This document shows, in pieces, positions 27,948 to 41,725 of a stretch of DNA of 64,000 nucleotides; within the stretch, counting starts at the first letter, position 1; every line of letters starts with the position of its first letter. The stretch comes from Octopus vulgaris. Taxonomy: Eukaryota. Position numbers and translations under genes: made by a program. The notes below the pieces were generated by a model. The model was given only the letters and a program-made list of their open reading frames with translations, had not been told where the DNA came from and did no database searches. Where the stretch lies: assembly GCA_951406725.2 (NCBI GenBank), contig OX597819.1:20584001-20648000 (forward strand). Reading direction: 5' to 3'.

Positions 27948-27985
<38 letters not shown>

Positions 27986-28010
27986 TAATAATAATAATAA
28001 TAATAATAAC

Positions 28011-28047
<37 letters not shown>

Positions 28048-28169
28048 TTAGGGTGTATATCTCCAAACTTACAAGGAAAACTTCACTTTAGTATTAAATC
28101 AGCTTTCACAATATATAAATATATATGTATATACATATATACACTCACTCACAATATATCATTACACTG

Positions 28170-28377
28170 AGAAAGAGATGCATGTATATCAATCTTTCTC
28201 ACTCTATGTATATATACATGTGTGTATGCTATAATTTCTTTGTTAGAGGACAACATCGGAGTTGCAATTCCTAAATATTTTACTTCTAAGAAGACATGAA
28301 ATTGATTCTTTTAGCAATGATGTCAACCATACTTCTTTATACGAGCTGTGCACACGTCTGTTATCGCAATTAATACA
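28170..28377 (+). repeat. About 205-bp direct repeat, copy 2
   Basis: See 20588-20795. Confidence 0.92.
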
Positions 28378-28624
28378 AGGTGTTCACAACGTCTCCCTGC
28401 AAAATTAAATGAATATTTATAAGAAGGTGTAAGATTACAAAAGAATACATTAGACGCTACAATACTTTAAAAAACTTTATAAGGGGTTTTGAAAGTGTCG
28501 TCCTTCATTTTCAATACATAAGTTGACTCTTCTACACATGTTTTGAAATATATATCCGTGAGTCTGATTCTTGGAGAGACAGGATGAAAAACATTCACTG
28601 CGGCGAGACGTTTTGAACACCCTG
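28376..28624. mobile_element. Tc1/mariner-type MITE (249 bp)
   Basis: TA|CAAGGTGTTCACAACGTCTC ... GAGACGTTTTGAACACCCTG|TA imperfect TIRs. Confidence 0.78.
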
Positions 28625-29053
28625 TATTTATGAGTGTCTCTATGGACAAACATAACATACACGTAAGCATGAGAATTGACATATATGTCTATGTGTCTGC
28701 ATTGCCTTACATTCGATTGTATACTTCTTTCATGAACCGCATTAAAACATCATGACTTCAGCTTGCAAGTAGCTGACTATCATCTCAGTCACTTGTAGTT
28801 TAAACGCATTTCCACAATGACGGTGGACTCCATCAATTGAACTTCATTACAGTTTCCGTCAACCAAAATTCGTTTCGATGGTTCATATAGATATCCTAAG
28901 ACACACTCGCAACAAATGTCAGCCATGGATTTGAAACTTTCCTCTGTAGAGCTGATGACAAACTATCATGGAGGAAGAGACGAGATATGTAAATATCTAT
29001 AGATACGATGACATTCATATTCATATACATGTACATTCACACATACATGCATA

Positions 29054-29088
<35 letters not shown>

Positions 29089-29272
29089 TTTGAGGGAATA
29101 TTATTCCAAACTTACAGGGAAAAATTCAATTTAGAAATACTAAATCAAATTTCACAATTTTACTTAATCATCGGTATATTTTTTATCTAATATTTAATAT
29201 TTCTATTATATGTAATTTTCTAGATGGTGTAATTTAGTTTTTCATTTTGATTTGATAAAAAGGTGTTTCTTT

Positions 29273-29393
<121 letters not shown>

Positions 29394-29414
29394 TACATAT
29401 ATATATATATATAA

Positions 29415-29472
<58 letters not shown>

Positions 29473-29899
29473 GAATTTATGTATGTGTGAATGTATATGG
29501 AAAGCGAGAGAGAGAGAGATTAAAAATGCCTGTCAACAATGAACAAACTGAAGCATAAACGTATCCATTGTTGCTTAAAATCATCGATATGTTTGTTCCT
29601 TTATTTTTATTTACATGACATGCATCTCCGTTTTTCATCAAAAAATTAGCATACTTAGATTTCTCTCCAGAGTGTTTCTAATCTACAAAGCAACCAATTT
29701 TTCTATTTACCTTTCCTTTACATTCTTATACCAACATCCATAATGCGACATTGATTTTTTGGGTCTTCTTACTTTTTCACATTCGTTGACAAAACTAATC
29801 ACAAATTTATATGTAAGGTGACGATCTGTTTTTTTTATTAGGTTTTTTTTTATTATGCTTTCATTGTGTTCTCTTTTTCGTACGACATTATATTGTCCG

Positions 29900-29968
<69 letters not shown>

Positions 29969-30184
29969 GTTATCATTATTATTCTTATTTGTTTGTTTGT
30001 TTGCTTTCATACATTCCTTATTATTGTTTATTTACTTTCTCTATTTATATTTTTTTCTTTCTTCTCGGCATTATCTTGTATGCATTATTTCGAGTTGTCA
30101 ACAGAGACGAAACTAATCGCAAAAAAAGAAACAAAAACGGCGTGCAAACAATGCATACCTACACACATATGCATTTATACATAA

Positions 30185-30244
<60 letters not shown>

Positions 30245-30490
30245 ACATAAAACATACAGATTTTCAGACACAAATATGAAGGCATTTCTATGTCTGCTTG
30301 TATAAGTTTGCATATATTGGTTCTTTGTTTTAAAGATGAATAGCTCCAAACATCACGAGAGATCTTCATCGTCGAATATGGCGTATATACATGAGATTCA
30401 GACGCAAATTAGTAAAAATTATGTGGCAATGTGATTTCATAAAAGATACAAACACTATATACACTTATCTAGGAATGTGTATTGTATGTA

Positions 30491-30574
<84 letters not shown>

Positions 30575-31054
30575 AAGACTTCTGAGGCAGACAGATTCAC
30601 CACTAAATGCGTACGTGCATATATGATATATTTTACGTAGAAGATTGCCTCATCTCGTCAGTAGATATCCACATCATATTCGTGAGATGTCTGCATCATT
30701 GAATTTGAGGCAAGTTTCTAAAACACGTCTTCCAGTAACCAGCGTCGTAAGATTACTTATATTATAACGACAGCAAGTTTTATACCAGAGAACTTCATCT
30801 GTAAAATGCTTGTTTACACAAAGTACTCTTAAAACATAACGGAAGCTACATCTAATCCTGAAAAATTTACTTAACCAACAGAACCAGCCTAGGGAGACAT
30901 GATAATTGAGAGGTGACATGCTGCCCACTTCTTTGGGACGCTCGCTCTGCAGTTTCACCACCGTGTGCCGTTCAAGCAGTATAATATCATACATACATAC
31001 ATACACATACACGCTTATACACATACCTATATATATATATATATATGTGTGTGT

Positions 31055-31108
<54 letters not shown>

Positions 31109-31250
31109 CAATTAAGATTCAAGTCAATTCCAATGAATTTACTTGAATGTGGTACTTAACTTAGATGCACCAGAAAACTATATGGTGTTAACCATACAGT
31201 AATGTGGGGTGATTATAAACGAGAAAGAAGCAACAAGAATGTTGCTTCTT

Positions 31251-31302
<52 letters not shown>

Positions 31303-31388
31303 GTATGTATACACACATATATATATTGTATGTATGACTGTATGTATATGAATGTATGTATATATATATATATATAATATCATTATTA

Positions 31389-31446
<58 letters not shown>

Positions 31447-31719
31447 TGAGTGAGAGAGCAGTACATACCATCAAAGTGACACTGGTGTAAAATACATGAA
31501 GACCAGTATACCTATCATTACTACCCGTCTGATAAGGATATGCCAGGCACATGAATCATAACCATATGTGCACGACATGGTGATCTCATATCAAGATAAA
31601 AAGCACATATCTTTGCAGGAGGGACCCAGTAAGAATTTTCTTGATGTCGAATAACGCATCCGCTCAAAAGGTCCCTGAATAAGGTTTATTTAAATATGTT
31701 GAATGAAACGCCCATGTTT

Positions 31720-32120
31720 CCAATGACGAACTGAACGCCACCGTCGAAACAGATCCATGCCAAAGTGACCGTAAAATATCGATGTTACTTGGTGTTAGCA
31801 AGCAAACTATATTGACTCCCCTAGTTGAAATCAGTAAGGTGAAAAATTTGAATAAGTGGGTTCCACATGCTCTCAATGAAACTTATAAGCATCATCGTTT
31901 GGATGCCTGCATTATGCTCCTTTCTCGTCACAAAAATGAATCGGTTTTGATCAAAATTGTAACATGTGATGGGAAATGGATCTAGTACATCAAGCGTAAA
32001 CCTTCAGCACAATGGTTGGACAAAGACAAGCCAGCAAAACACAGTCCAAAAACCACAATTCATAAAAAGAAGCTGATGGTGTGTGTTTGGTGGTCTGGCG
32101 CAGGTGTGATCCATTATGAT
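31720..32120 (+). mobile_element. Internal mariner transposase fragment (Hsmar1/SETMAR-like)
   Basis: KWVPHAL, IVTCDGKWI, AQWLDKD, KKLMVCVWWSGAGVIHY. Confidence 0.85.
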
Positions 32121-32239
32121 TACATTATGTGCTTGTGAGGCTGAACGCACATGTCTTATAAAGTGAGACAGAGCGGTTTCCATTTTTGTAATTTTTCTTT
32201 CTGGTGTATTTTTATCACTCATGTTTGACTAGTTTCACT

Positions 32240-32610
32240 CATTGAACCGTGACCATAATGGGGCGCTACCTTCAAAAGTTGAGTGGAACAGATAAACCTG
32301 AGTATTTATTTTTTCTTCAAAAATCTGATACTTATTTCATCGGTCTGTTTGCTGAACCTCATGTTTGGGGAATATAAAAATATCAACACCATTTGTTAAT
32401 AAGTTGGAAATAAACAACACAAAAACAAATACACACCTACTCAGACACACACATGTATATGCAACGAACGTCTACATAGCTTCAGCCAACCAAATTCACT
32501 TTCAGAGCAATGGTTGGGCTATAATAGATGTCATTTGCCCAACATGTGCAGTAAAACTGAACCGAAAACCTGGCGGCTGCAAAGCGGGCTTCCTAGCTAC
32601 ACAACCATGA
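32240..32610 (-). mobile_element. Degenerate CORE-type SINE
   Basis: Colinear weak matches to tail, body and TTGGGCAA core of the 43022 SINE. Confidence 0.55.
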
Positions 32611-32899
32611 ACATGCTTACACTTCACATTTCCGAGGCATTTCTGTAATTTCTTTCGCAATTGTCACTCCCACATTGTTGTTATCCCATCCACTCGCATA
32701 CCACCCAACCCATGCATAGATCTTTAACGCATTTCTTATTTTGTTTTCATAAATGTTTGTGCTTTTCCTGAATTTCAGCATTATTTCCACCGAAGGATTC
32801 GATCAGCATCAAGGTATGTTCAATTTCTTCTTCATATCATTTTCATTGTGTAGCAGACTTCAGAGTGCTGCATTCGCACGTATATCCATTTCCTGTATC

Positions 32900-34300
32900 C
32901 CGTTCACCATCGATCTTTTAGTGAGGAATTTTTCGGGCAGGACTGTCTTTGATTTTCTTTGTTTTACTAATTCTCATAGACATTCGCTGTAGTGTTGCTT
33001 TGGGAATTATTCAAGTATGGCTGTTTGCATTTCTTTAATATGCCTTTCGAAGATTTTCTTTTCATCCATCTTATCCTTTGTCCTTCCATGTCTGTCTACG
33101 TATATTAGAAATGGGAGTGGTTCCAAAATTTAGTTTTAGCTACTGACATTATCATACTTAAATATTTTCTGCAGAAAGATTTTCAAGGGTTCGCCTTGTA
33201 AGTTGACAGTGTTTACAAATTCTCATATTTACTTCATAAAGGTTACGAGACATTTTATTCAACCCTGCGATGTGGTCATCTTAATTAGAGACCGCTATAG
33301 GGTTTTTCACGGAATTGAAATCCTCAGCGGTGATTATAAACGGAATCCGTTCATTCTTACATGTTGCACATACCAAGAAGTAGGAGTAAAATTTACAAAC
33401 TAAGAAATTAATAATAACCAAAAGAATTAGTTATTAGTAATGGAGCTATCATTTCTTTATATATACAGACGTAAAATATTTCCAAATTTTCCCGAAGAAA
33501 TGAGTTAAAATAAAACGTTAATCCTCTTATCTTGATTATTTTTAAAGGTTATTGTTCGATTCGTAGGAATTGAAGGCTTTCTCTTTGTACTATTATTTCT
33601 AGTTTGTTTGTCTTCCTTCATTCCCTTCTTTGAATATAAATCCACACGTGAATTTCCGTAATATACATTGTGGATTGCTTTACATACCTGCTGTGTTCTA
33701 TTGTTGTGGCGTAATTCTATGAGTCTATTTGCTAAGAAAAGGATAAGTAACAGGCTTAAAGTATTAAAGATTCTGTTCGTAGGAAGAGTTGTACATTTTG
33801 AGTGTTGGTTAAAGAGCATTTTGTATGATTTTCAATCTCCGTTGTGGGTAGTTCTCAAGGTTAGTTACCGAAACTTTATGATGTGCATATCGGAAAATTT
33901 TTGCGGTTTTAAATGTTTTTTTTTTTTCTTTCTTAAGTATGAATACAATTTGAAAAGCAAAGTTCCGTCGATTTAGTATTCGTAGCGAAACATGTATATG
34001 CTGCATGTTTCAACAATTGAGAAGTGAGATTGATGATGTATGCTTTGGGCAGGTAAATGGTATCCACTGTTGTCTGCTTGCAACGATTTATCTAAACAGA
34101 TTCTACATGGTACTTGTTAGGGATATTGCAATTTCCTGTGTTCGTGTTAGGATGTTTAAAAATAGGTTGAAATTTAATTGCCTGGAAGATGCAATATGTA
34201 AAGCGAAATGAGTTGCATTTCGGTAAAACATTTTGATGAATAAAGACAAACAAAATTATAATTATAAACACATCAAAATAACATAGACCGCGATAGGCTG
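32900..34300 (-). mobile_element. Old Penelope-like element, RT to GIY-YIG remnants
   Basis: TFKTAKIFRYAHH...ENYP (cf. FKT.VYRKPTH...S.HP), LYEVNMRICKHC and a frameshifted YV(G)QT in correct order; heavily decayed. Confidence 0.45.
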
Positions 34301-34656
34301 TGTCAGATGAATTATGTGATATTCACAACCAGAATTCCGTTGATGGGCTTGCTTGATAAGAGCATAAACTCGGCTCTAAATATCTCCCCAAATCGTTTCT
34401 ACCATAAAAGAGCTCCATTGTTTCGCTTCCCTGTCTTTAGTGTTTCTATTGCAAAACTGAACAGACATATATTTTATATATTTATTGCATCTGTAAATTT
34501 GATCGACTCCGAAACAATTTCAAAGGGGTTTCTCTCAACTTCAGGTTTCCTGCTTGATTAAGAAAACAACGCAATCAATATTGTATCATAAATGCCAATA
34601 AAATGACAGGAAACTCGTAGTCGACCCGCAGTAAGCATTTACATATTCAATAAAAT

Positions 34657-35022
34657 GGAGAGGCAATTGCGCAGTGGTTAGGGCAGCTGGCTTGCGTTGC
34701 GTTCGTAGGACCGTAGATTCGATTCTCAGCCTGGACGTTGTATTTTTGAGTAAAAACACTTAAAGCACCACCGGGTTCCGACAGGGCTGGTGGCGAATCC
34801 CGTTGTACTCTTTCACCACAAATTTCTCTCACCCTTTATTCCTATTTCTGTTGAAAGGGTCAGCCTTGTCACATTCTGTGTCACGCTGAATCTCTCCCAT
34901 AACTACAATACGGGTACACTTATCTGAGGTGTATTCAGCTATTTGCAAGGTAATTTCACGAGCAGCCTGTTCCGTTGATTGGATAAACCGGAACCCTCGT
35001 CGTCGTAACCAACGGAATGCAG
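34657..35022 (+). mobile_element. tRNA-derived SINE, family 2
   Basis: GCGCAGTGGTTAGGGC A box, ATTCGATTCTC B box; body shared with 41551-41725 and 53737-54024. Confidence 0.8.
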
Positions 35023-35124
35023 AAGTAATTCAATGACAGAATTTATCTCACAAGTATTAAATATCTGAAGATAAAACAAGTCCGGCGCTTATCAAAGAAA
35101 TAGTAACAACTATAGTTGAAAAGT

Positions 35125-35276
35125 TAGGCGTGTGGTAAGATTGTTTCCCAATCATATGGTTCTGGGTTCAGTCTCACTGCATGGCAACTTCGCCCAAGGC
35201 CTTATACTTTAGCCTCGGGCTGAGAAAGGCCTTGAGAGTGGATTTCGTAGATGAAAGAATCACGTTGTATATATGA

Positions 35277-35309
<33 letters not shown>

Positions 35310-35326
35310 CATACATTCATATATAC

Positions 35327-35359
<33 letters not shown>

Positions 35360-35565
35360 AGTGTTTGTGTTTGTGCTTGTGTTCCTACGCCCAGCTTGTA
35401 GGTGTGTTTACGTCCCCGTAATTTAGCTGTTCGGCTACAGAGAGCGAAAGAATAAATATCAGAAAAAAAAATACTTAGTAGGGTTGATTCATTTGACTAA
35501 ATATGCTTCTAGGTGGTGCTGCTGCATGGCCGCAGTCTAATAATTAAAATCAGTGAAAGAAGGAT
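35125..35565 (+). mobile_element. CORE-type SINE with internal microsatellite
   Basis: GTGTGGTAAG...GGGTTCAGTC...AGCCTCGGGC...(TA/TG)n...GGTGGTGCTGCTGCATGGCCGCAGTC. Confidence 0.8.
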
Positions 35566-35672
35566 AAACAAAAGATGTGTGTAATAATATCTTTGGTTTA
35601 TATCAAGTTTGAACAACAAAATGGCGGACTTGCAAGTCGATGTATTTGATATGATATTGAATATGGCTATCA

Positions 35673-36120
35673 TCTCTTATTATAAAAGGCAGATTTTATC
35701 TGCCTCCCTTTGGGAGTTATAGAAATCTACAATATAGGATTTCTTCAATTACAATTTACCTAGCATATTTAAGAGTACAATGCATCGCGTCATGCCAGGT
35801 CCAGTTTTTAAAATTTAAACTCTAATTAAGCAAAATTTACAGAAAACTCACATTCTGGTGTGTGTGTCAAATGCTTTTCTTAGTCTGGTTTACACCACAC
35901 GCAAACGCACACACACAGTGTGCAACGAATAAAGTGAAACTAGATGTAATATTTGTTTCTGTCTATGACGCTGATAGATACATGAGTAAAATGTATGGGA
36001 AGCTAACACATAAGAGTGAGTGAAAATGTTCTTGGAAGAGAGTAAATAGCGACAGAGAGTGATTTGAGGAGGACCTTACGTTAAATAACCGTAGTGGCTT
36101 GTGTTAGTAATAAAGTAAAC
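35673..36120 (+). mobile_element. Possible Helitron 5' fragment
   Basis: A|TCTCTTATTATAAAAGG start; no 3' end seen. Confidence 0.3.
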
Positions 36121-36540
36121 ATACACTCATACATACATACATACATACATACATACATACACACACATACATACACACACACACACACATACACACACAC
36201 ATACATACATACACACATACATACATACATACATATACATACATACATACATATACATACATACATACACACACACACATACACACACACAGTATTGAAG
36301 CTTGAGAACAATCAGATACATTTGCAACACATCTGTTGAAAATATTATTGTTCACACACATACATATACATATATAAATACAGACAGACAGACAGATAGA
36401 CACAAACACATACACACACATGATCCAGCATGGCCACAACCTCAAGGCTGAAACATATAAAAGAATAACAGAATATAAATGTGTGCATGTGTGTGAGAGA
36501 GAGAGTGTGTGTGTATATGTATGTATGTTTGTATATATAT

Positions 36541-37135
36541 ATAATAATGCGGTTTTTTCAACATCTTGAACTAAAAGTCAGAGGGGAATGGGATAAACCA
36601 CTTATATTAACTTGCTATAAAAGCAGGTAGTAATTTTATTTTGTCCTTATTCATAGTGCAAGTTTTGAAGAGTGCATTTCGATTTTAACAGCTATTTTTT
36701 TCAAAGCTATATTGGAAGTAACAAAGGAGCATATTTGGCATATTTTGCTTTATGAGTTCAATAAAGACAACAACGCAACGGAAAGTACAAGAAATATTAA
36801 TGTAGTATATGGGGATTGGACAATAAGCGTAAGGCAGTGTCAATGGTGGTTCCAGAAATTCCGAGCCATAAACTACAGCCTAGAAGACGAGCCTCATCCT
36901 GAAAGATCTGTAGAACTCGACAAGGACATCCTGAAAACCCTGGTGGAACAAAATCTCATCGTAACTGTTGAGGAACTAGCAGAGAAGCTTGGATTTGGTC
37001 ATTCAACCATTCATTGAGACCTGTGTGCTATCGGAAAAGTCAGCAAATTGGGTCAATGGGTTCCTCACGAACTTTCCGAGTCTAATTGCATGCAGGGAGT
37101 GAATGTATGCTTTTCTTTGCTGTCACATCTCACCA
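36541..37135 (+). mobile_element. 5' half of a mariner (Hsmar1/cecropia-like), truncated next to a Helitron
   Basis: TIR-like AATAATGCGGTTTTT; EVTKEHIWHILLYEFNK, WWFQKFR..NYSLEDEP, GQWVPHEL. Confidence 0.85.
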
Positions 37136-37152
37136 CTACTGCGCTATGTATA

Positions 37153-37787
37153 TCTATATATATAAAACTGTAGTTGTGTGAGTGTCTGTCCCCTTCGATT
37201 TAGATTCCTAACTACTCCCACATTTTGCGGTGCAGTTTAACCAAATTCGGGTAGCTTATAGTCGTGATTCATATCGAGCCCGTCTGAGTATTAGTGCGCG
37301 TCTACGATGAGTCTACGATTTTAAAAATAATTTAACATAATTTTTTATTCCATTTTAATGCATAATTTTTCGTGTGTCGATGGCGGCGGAGTTGGCGTCC
37401 ACGCTCACACCTGCACCTGTGGGGAAGGGAGTGTAAGGAAATCAACGTCGTAATGCGTTGTCAAGGAGACCAGCGTTCTTTTAGAACAACGACTTCATGG
37501 CTTGAAGACACCAAAACAGAAATGGCTAAGAAAGCGTCTACATGAGTCTACGATTTAAAAAAAAAATTACCATCGTTTTTTTTCCATTTTAATGCATTTT
37601 TTCGCTATTATATAAGGGAAGTAACTCTCTAAAAATGTCTACGATGAGTCAACGATTTTTAAAAAAAATTACCATCATATTATTTCCATTTGTAATGCAT
37701 TTTTGGCTATTTTTTGGCTATAACTCTAAAAATGCTTATATAGTTATTTCCCTTACAAACCCGAGCAACGCCGGGCGATACTGCTAG
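37153..37787 (+). mobile_element. Complete non-autonomous Helitron (635 bp)
   Basis: A|TCTATATATATAAAA start; CCCGAGCAACGCCGGG hairpin then CTAG|T; internal repeat GTCTACGATGAGTCTACGATTT...TTCCATTTTAATGCAT in three copies. Confidence 0.88.
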
Positions 37788-37796
37788 TTTTTAATA

Positions 37797-38010
37797 TTCT
37801 TTTGTACTTTGGGCAGGAGGACTGAAATATTTGGGGAGGGGGCCAGTCGATTAGATCAACCCCACTACGCAACTGCTACTTAATTTATCGACCCCGAAAG
37901 GATGAAAGGCAAAGTCGACCTCGGCGGAATTTGAACTCAGAATGTAAAGGCAGACGAAATACCGCAAGCGATTTGCCCAGCGTATAAACATTTCTGACAG
38001 CTTGCCGCTT
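37797..38010 (-). mobile_element. MetaSINE-type tRNA SINE (family 3)
   Basis: Reverse complement GAGTTCAAATTCCGCCGAGGTCGACTTTGCCTTTCATCCTTTCGGGGTCGATAAATTAAGTA. Confidence 0.85.
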
Positions 38011-38974
38011 TCCTCGTGTTTAATATTGCGGTACCTAATTTGGGTTTTTCGAATGATAAGACAAACTTGTGCGTTGAATTAAATGCTTTCTTGTTTCACT
38101 TAAAATTGTTTACCATTTATGTCGGTAAGAAGCTCATATTGATTTTTCTATAATCATATAACCGCCATTAGTGGGTATCCATTATATTTTAACCCTTGTA
38201 TATGGTAAGATTTTCTTTGCTTTGGTCAGAAGTTTAATCATAAGGCTTTTCTTATTTGCAGTAATTCACACTCGTAAGATCCGCTTTCTATATCAACAGA
38301 ATTATAGTCTAGAATTCATAATCCAACTCATGGAAAATTTTAATAACATGTAATATTCGCAAATATTTCAGTAATTGCTCAAGGATAAATCAATCTTATC
38401 AACGTTTCGACAAGCTCAGATAAAACACATCAGTCGTATTCTTCCTATGTCTATGTTCCGAATAATCCTTACTATCAATTTCATAAGGAAAAATCAATAC
38501 CAAAATCTTCATCATTTGCTGTATTTCTCTGATTATCTGACTTTAATTACATACATATGCCACTAATTACCAGTTCTCTGCCGTCCTCCACTTGGGAATA
38601 CAAGACGCATCATCTGTTTTAATGTGTCAATTTAGTACAAAGATAATGTTTTTAAAAAGAATAATTATAAACTGATATAGTACTGATAAATCATAATTTT
38701 CAAGTGCTCTAATTGAATTTGCCGTTTTGCAGCTGTAAGATATCTAGTTAGTTCTCTTCATGTTCGCAGCCAGCGAGATTAGTATCAAATGCTTCCAATT
38801 GATAATCAAATCCCAAAATATATTTGTAATCTCACCAACATTGGTACATTTGCGAGAGTAACCTCCTTTGCCTCCTGTTTCATCCCAGGAAAAGTTAATA
38901 TCATGCGATGTTTGTATGTGTGTGTGTGTATATGTGAGTGCGTGTAAGTGTACGTATGTATGTATATGTGTATG

Positions 38975-39024
<50 letters not shown>

Positions 39025-39062
39025 ATTATATGTATACGTAATATATATGTATATGCGTATAT

Positions 39063-39099
<37 letters not shown>

Positions 39100-39196
39100 C
39101 ACATATATATATATATATACACATATATATATATATATATATACACATATATATATACATAGCATTATATGTATATGTAATATATATGTATGTGCG

Positions 39197-39228
<32 letters not shown>

Positions 39229-39309
39229 TATATAGGTTGGTTGATAAATATATAGATAGATATACATATATATATATATACACACATAGCCACACACGCA
39301 AATATATAT

Positions 39310-39450
39310 ATATATGCGTGTGTGTAAGTATGTAAGAATGTATATGCGAGTGTGTGTGTGTGTGTGTGTGTGTGTGTAAGTATGTAAGAATGTATATGCG
39401 AGTGTGTGTGTGTGTGTGTGTAAGTATGTAAGAATCTATATGCGAATGCG
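39310..39450. repeat. Three-copy minisatellite (GT)n-AAGTATGTAAGAAT(G/C)TATATGCGA
   Basis: Directly visible. Confidence 0.9.
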
Positions 39451-39781
39451 TGAGTGTATGTGCGTGAGACGGCGTATATAGGCATCAGTATGAATCTATT
39501 TATGAATATATAGCTTTCCTGATAATAGGAATATTCTTAGAGTATGATATTTGATAAATTGATGATATTGTTATCTAGGGGTTATTTGCCAACATTCAGA
39601 CATATATCACCGTGGAATAAATTTTATTAAATACAAGTGCATCGAGCATGGCGGATGATAATGGTGATGAGTAGAGTGTGATGGTCATGATAACAACAAC
39701 AAGTATAACAACAAGAGCAAAAATAGTAGTAGTAGTAGTAGTAGGTATAACAATTATACTAATTATATTAATTATAATAAT

Positions 39782-39990
39782 CCTTTCTACTAACGGCTCA
39801 AGGACTTAAATTTTGGCGGAGAGTCTAATCGATTACATCGACCCAGTGTTTCACAGGTAATTAATTTATCAACCCCGTAACGATGAAAAGTAAAATCGAC
39901 CTTGGCGGAATATGAACTTAGAACGTAGCGGTAGACGAAATACCACCAAGTATTTTGCACGGTCAGCTGAGGAATGTACCAGCCCGCCTC
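39782..39990 (-). mobile_element. MetaSINE-type SINE (family 3), older copy
   Basis: Colinear with 37797-38010. Confidence 0.8.
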
Positions 39991-40049
39991 ATTAATCTAA
40001 TAATAATAATAATAATAATAATGATGATGATGATAATAAAAATAATAAT

Positions 40050-40480
40050 ATCTCTCAAGATCTACCAAAAACTGAGCAAGTATAAAGAACTTGAAATAGA
40101 CATTAGCAAAATGTGGAACCTGAAGACTAAAACAATACCTGTTGTCATAGGTGCCCTGAGAATTATTAGCAAAGCGGGCTGATTGCTACCTAGCTCAGAT
40201 ACCGGGAAAACCCAAAATGGAAGAAATTCAAAAGATAGTGCTCATGGGAACTGCCCATATCCTACGTAAAATACTGTCTATGTTTATCTCAAATGTTAAA
40301 ACAAACTCATAAATTTATTATGTTTTCTTAAATAATCTCTAGAACAATATCATGTGCAAAACCAAATATATGACACCCTAGGAATTACACCAATATGAAC
40401 GTCTAACTTGCTGTCTCTTGAGGTCTCTTGGTGAGACTTGGAGCTAGCTTCTAAAACTACAACGCAAGAGTCAAACATAT
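40050..40480 (+). mobile_element. Dong/R4 3' fragment between (TAA)n runs
   Basis: KLSKYKELEIDISKMWNLKTKTIPVVIGAL...EIQKIVLMGTAHILRKILS, then UTR and (AAT)n. Confidence 0.88.
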
Positions 40481-40487
40481 AATAATG

Positions 40488-40532
<45 letters not shown>

Positions 40533-40534
40533 TT

Positions 40535-41550
40535 TGCCCCTCATGCACAAAAATGTGTGCAGCACACACCACTCCATTAGCGCAAGGTGCAACGAAGTAT
40601 GCAATCTTTCAGATGTCGCAAAATAATAGTAGTGATGACGATTCTTACGAACGTTATGTTACCTCAGTTTATGAGTGACAGGCGTTTCCGCAAAACGCAG
40701 GTCGTAACAGCGAAAAGGAAACTGGACCTTGAAGCCGGATCTTTAAGTGATGAGCTTTTTCTCGACAGTGAATCGGTAAATATGCTGACTGACCACAGCT
40801 ATCATCCAAATACAGCATCAGAAGATAGTAGAGCGAGAAGGAAATGGACCAATGAAGAAAGTAGGATAGTGATACAGTGCTGCATAGAAAGTGAACCTAA
40901 AAGAAGGGGCTATAGAAAACGGATGTTTCTAACTTTGGTTAGAGAAGGATATATTAAATGTGACTGAACAGAGATTAGTTGAGCAAGGTAATGCTAGTAA
41001 GAGAAGAACGTGGATGTCATAATGGGAAGGGCAGAAGAGATCACAAGAAAACTGGAAAAGGAAGAAAAGACAACGGGAAAAACAAACACCGTAAGAGATA
41101 CATCTCAAACCAAAGGAGAACAAAGAAAAATACTTAAGTGATTTAGGTGAGGAAGATGAGAAGATTTTAGTTGAATTGCAGGAAGTAATGAGTAAAGAAG
41201 TAAGAAAAAGATTGCCAGCATTACAAGGTATCAACAGGAGGAAACTGTAAGGAAAGTAGATTCTGTTATCAATAGGATAAATACTAAAAATAGAGGAGAT
41301 GCTAACTTACTGATCTATGCAAGAGGGGTAATAGTCACCAGAATAATAGATATCTCACAGGGAAAGATTAAAAAGGAGCAAATGTGGAAAAGGAAACTAC
41401 AAAATATAATGGACACTTTAATACAAGTTCTGAGTAAAATAGAAGCCAGGAAAATAAGTTTGGAAACACATGATGCAAATCTTATCTCGAGGAAAGATGC
41501 TGTGTCCAAGAGAAAGGATTTGAGACAGTAATGAAAGAGTTAAAACAGCG
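40535..41550 (+). mobile_element. Dong/R4 5' fragment, truncated at a SINE
   Basis: RRKWTNEESRIVIQCCIESEPKRRGYRKRM...TEQRL, typical Dong N-terminus; directly follows (AAT)n. Confidence 0.78.
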
Positions 41551-41725
41551 TGAGAGAAAGTTGTGGTGAAAGAGCACAGCAGGGTTCGCTACCACCCTTG
41601 CCGGAGCCTCATGGATCATTAGGTGTTTTTGCTCAATAAACAGTCATAATGCCCAGTCTGGGAATCGGAATCGCGAGCCTATGGCCGCGAGTCGACTGCC
41701 CTAACCACTGGACCATTGCGACTCC
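41551..41725 (-). mobile_element. SINE family 2, 5' portion
   Basis: Reverse complement GCAATGGTCCAGTGGTTAGGGCAG...; body matches 34657. Confidence 0.82.

Larger units (their letters stand above)
22645..27950 (+). mobile_element. Near full-length Dong/R4-clade non-LTR retrotransposon in a (TAA)n array, interrupted by a mariner
   Basis: KWTREEY N-terminus; RT KAPGHDKIANFW, YRPITCL, WIDFKNAFDS, RGIFQG..LSPLLF, HLLYMDDLKLYA; CCHC CRIC..QETINHIISGC; RHDRV; REL RPDIV...LIDVSIP..SKYKDL; (AAT)n on both sides; many frameshifts. Confidence 0.93.

Noticed and set aside
34657-34740. tRNA gene candidates at SINE heads (also 1-107, 43030, 53400)
   Set aside because: A/B boxes are present but run into SINE bodies and lack a full cloverleaf
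38401-38433. Minus-strand CTGATGT...GTCGAAACGTT hammerhead-like string
   Set aside because: Core mutated and no convincing stem I or II; may be a decayed copy but not supportable
39310-39450. Regularly spaced repeats as a CRISPR-like array
   Set aside because: Spacers are (GT)n; eukaryotic minisatellite with no cas genes
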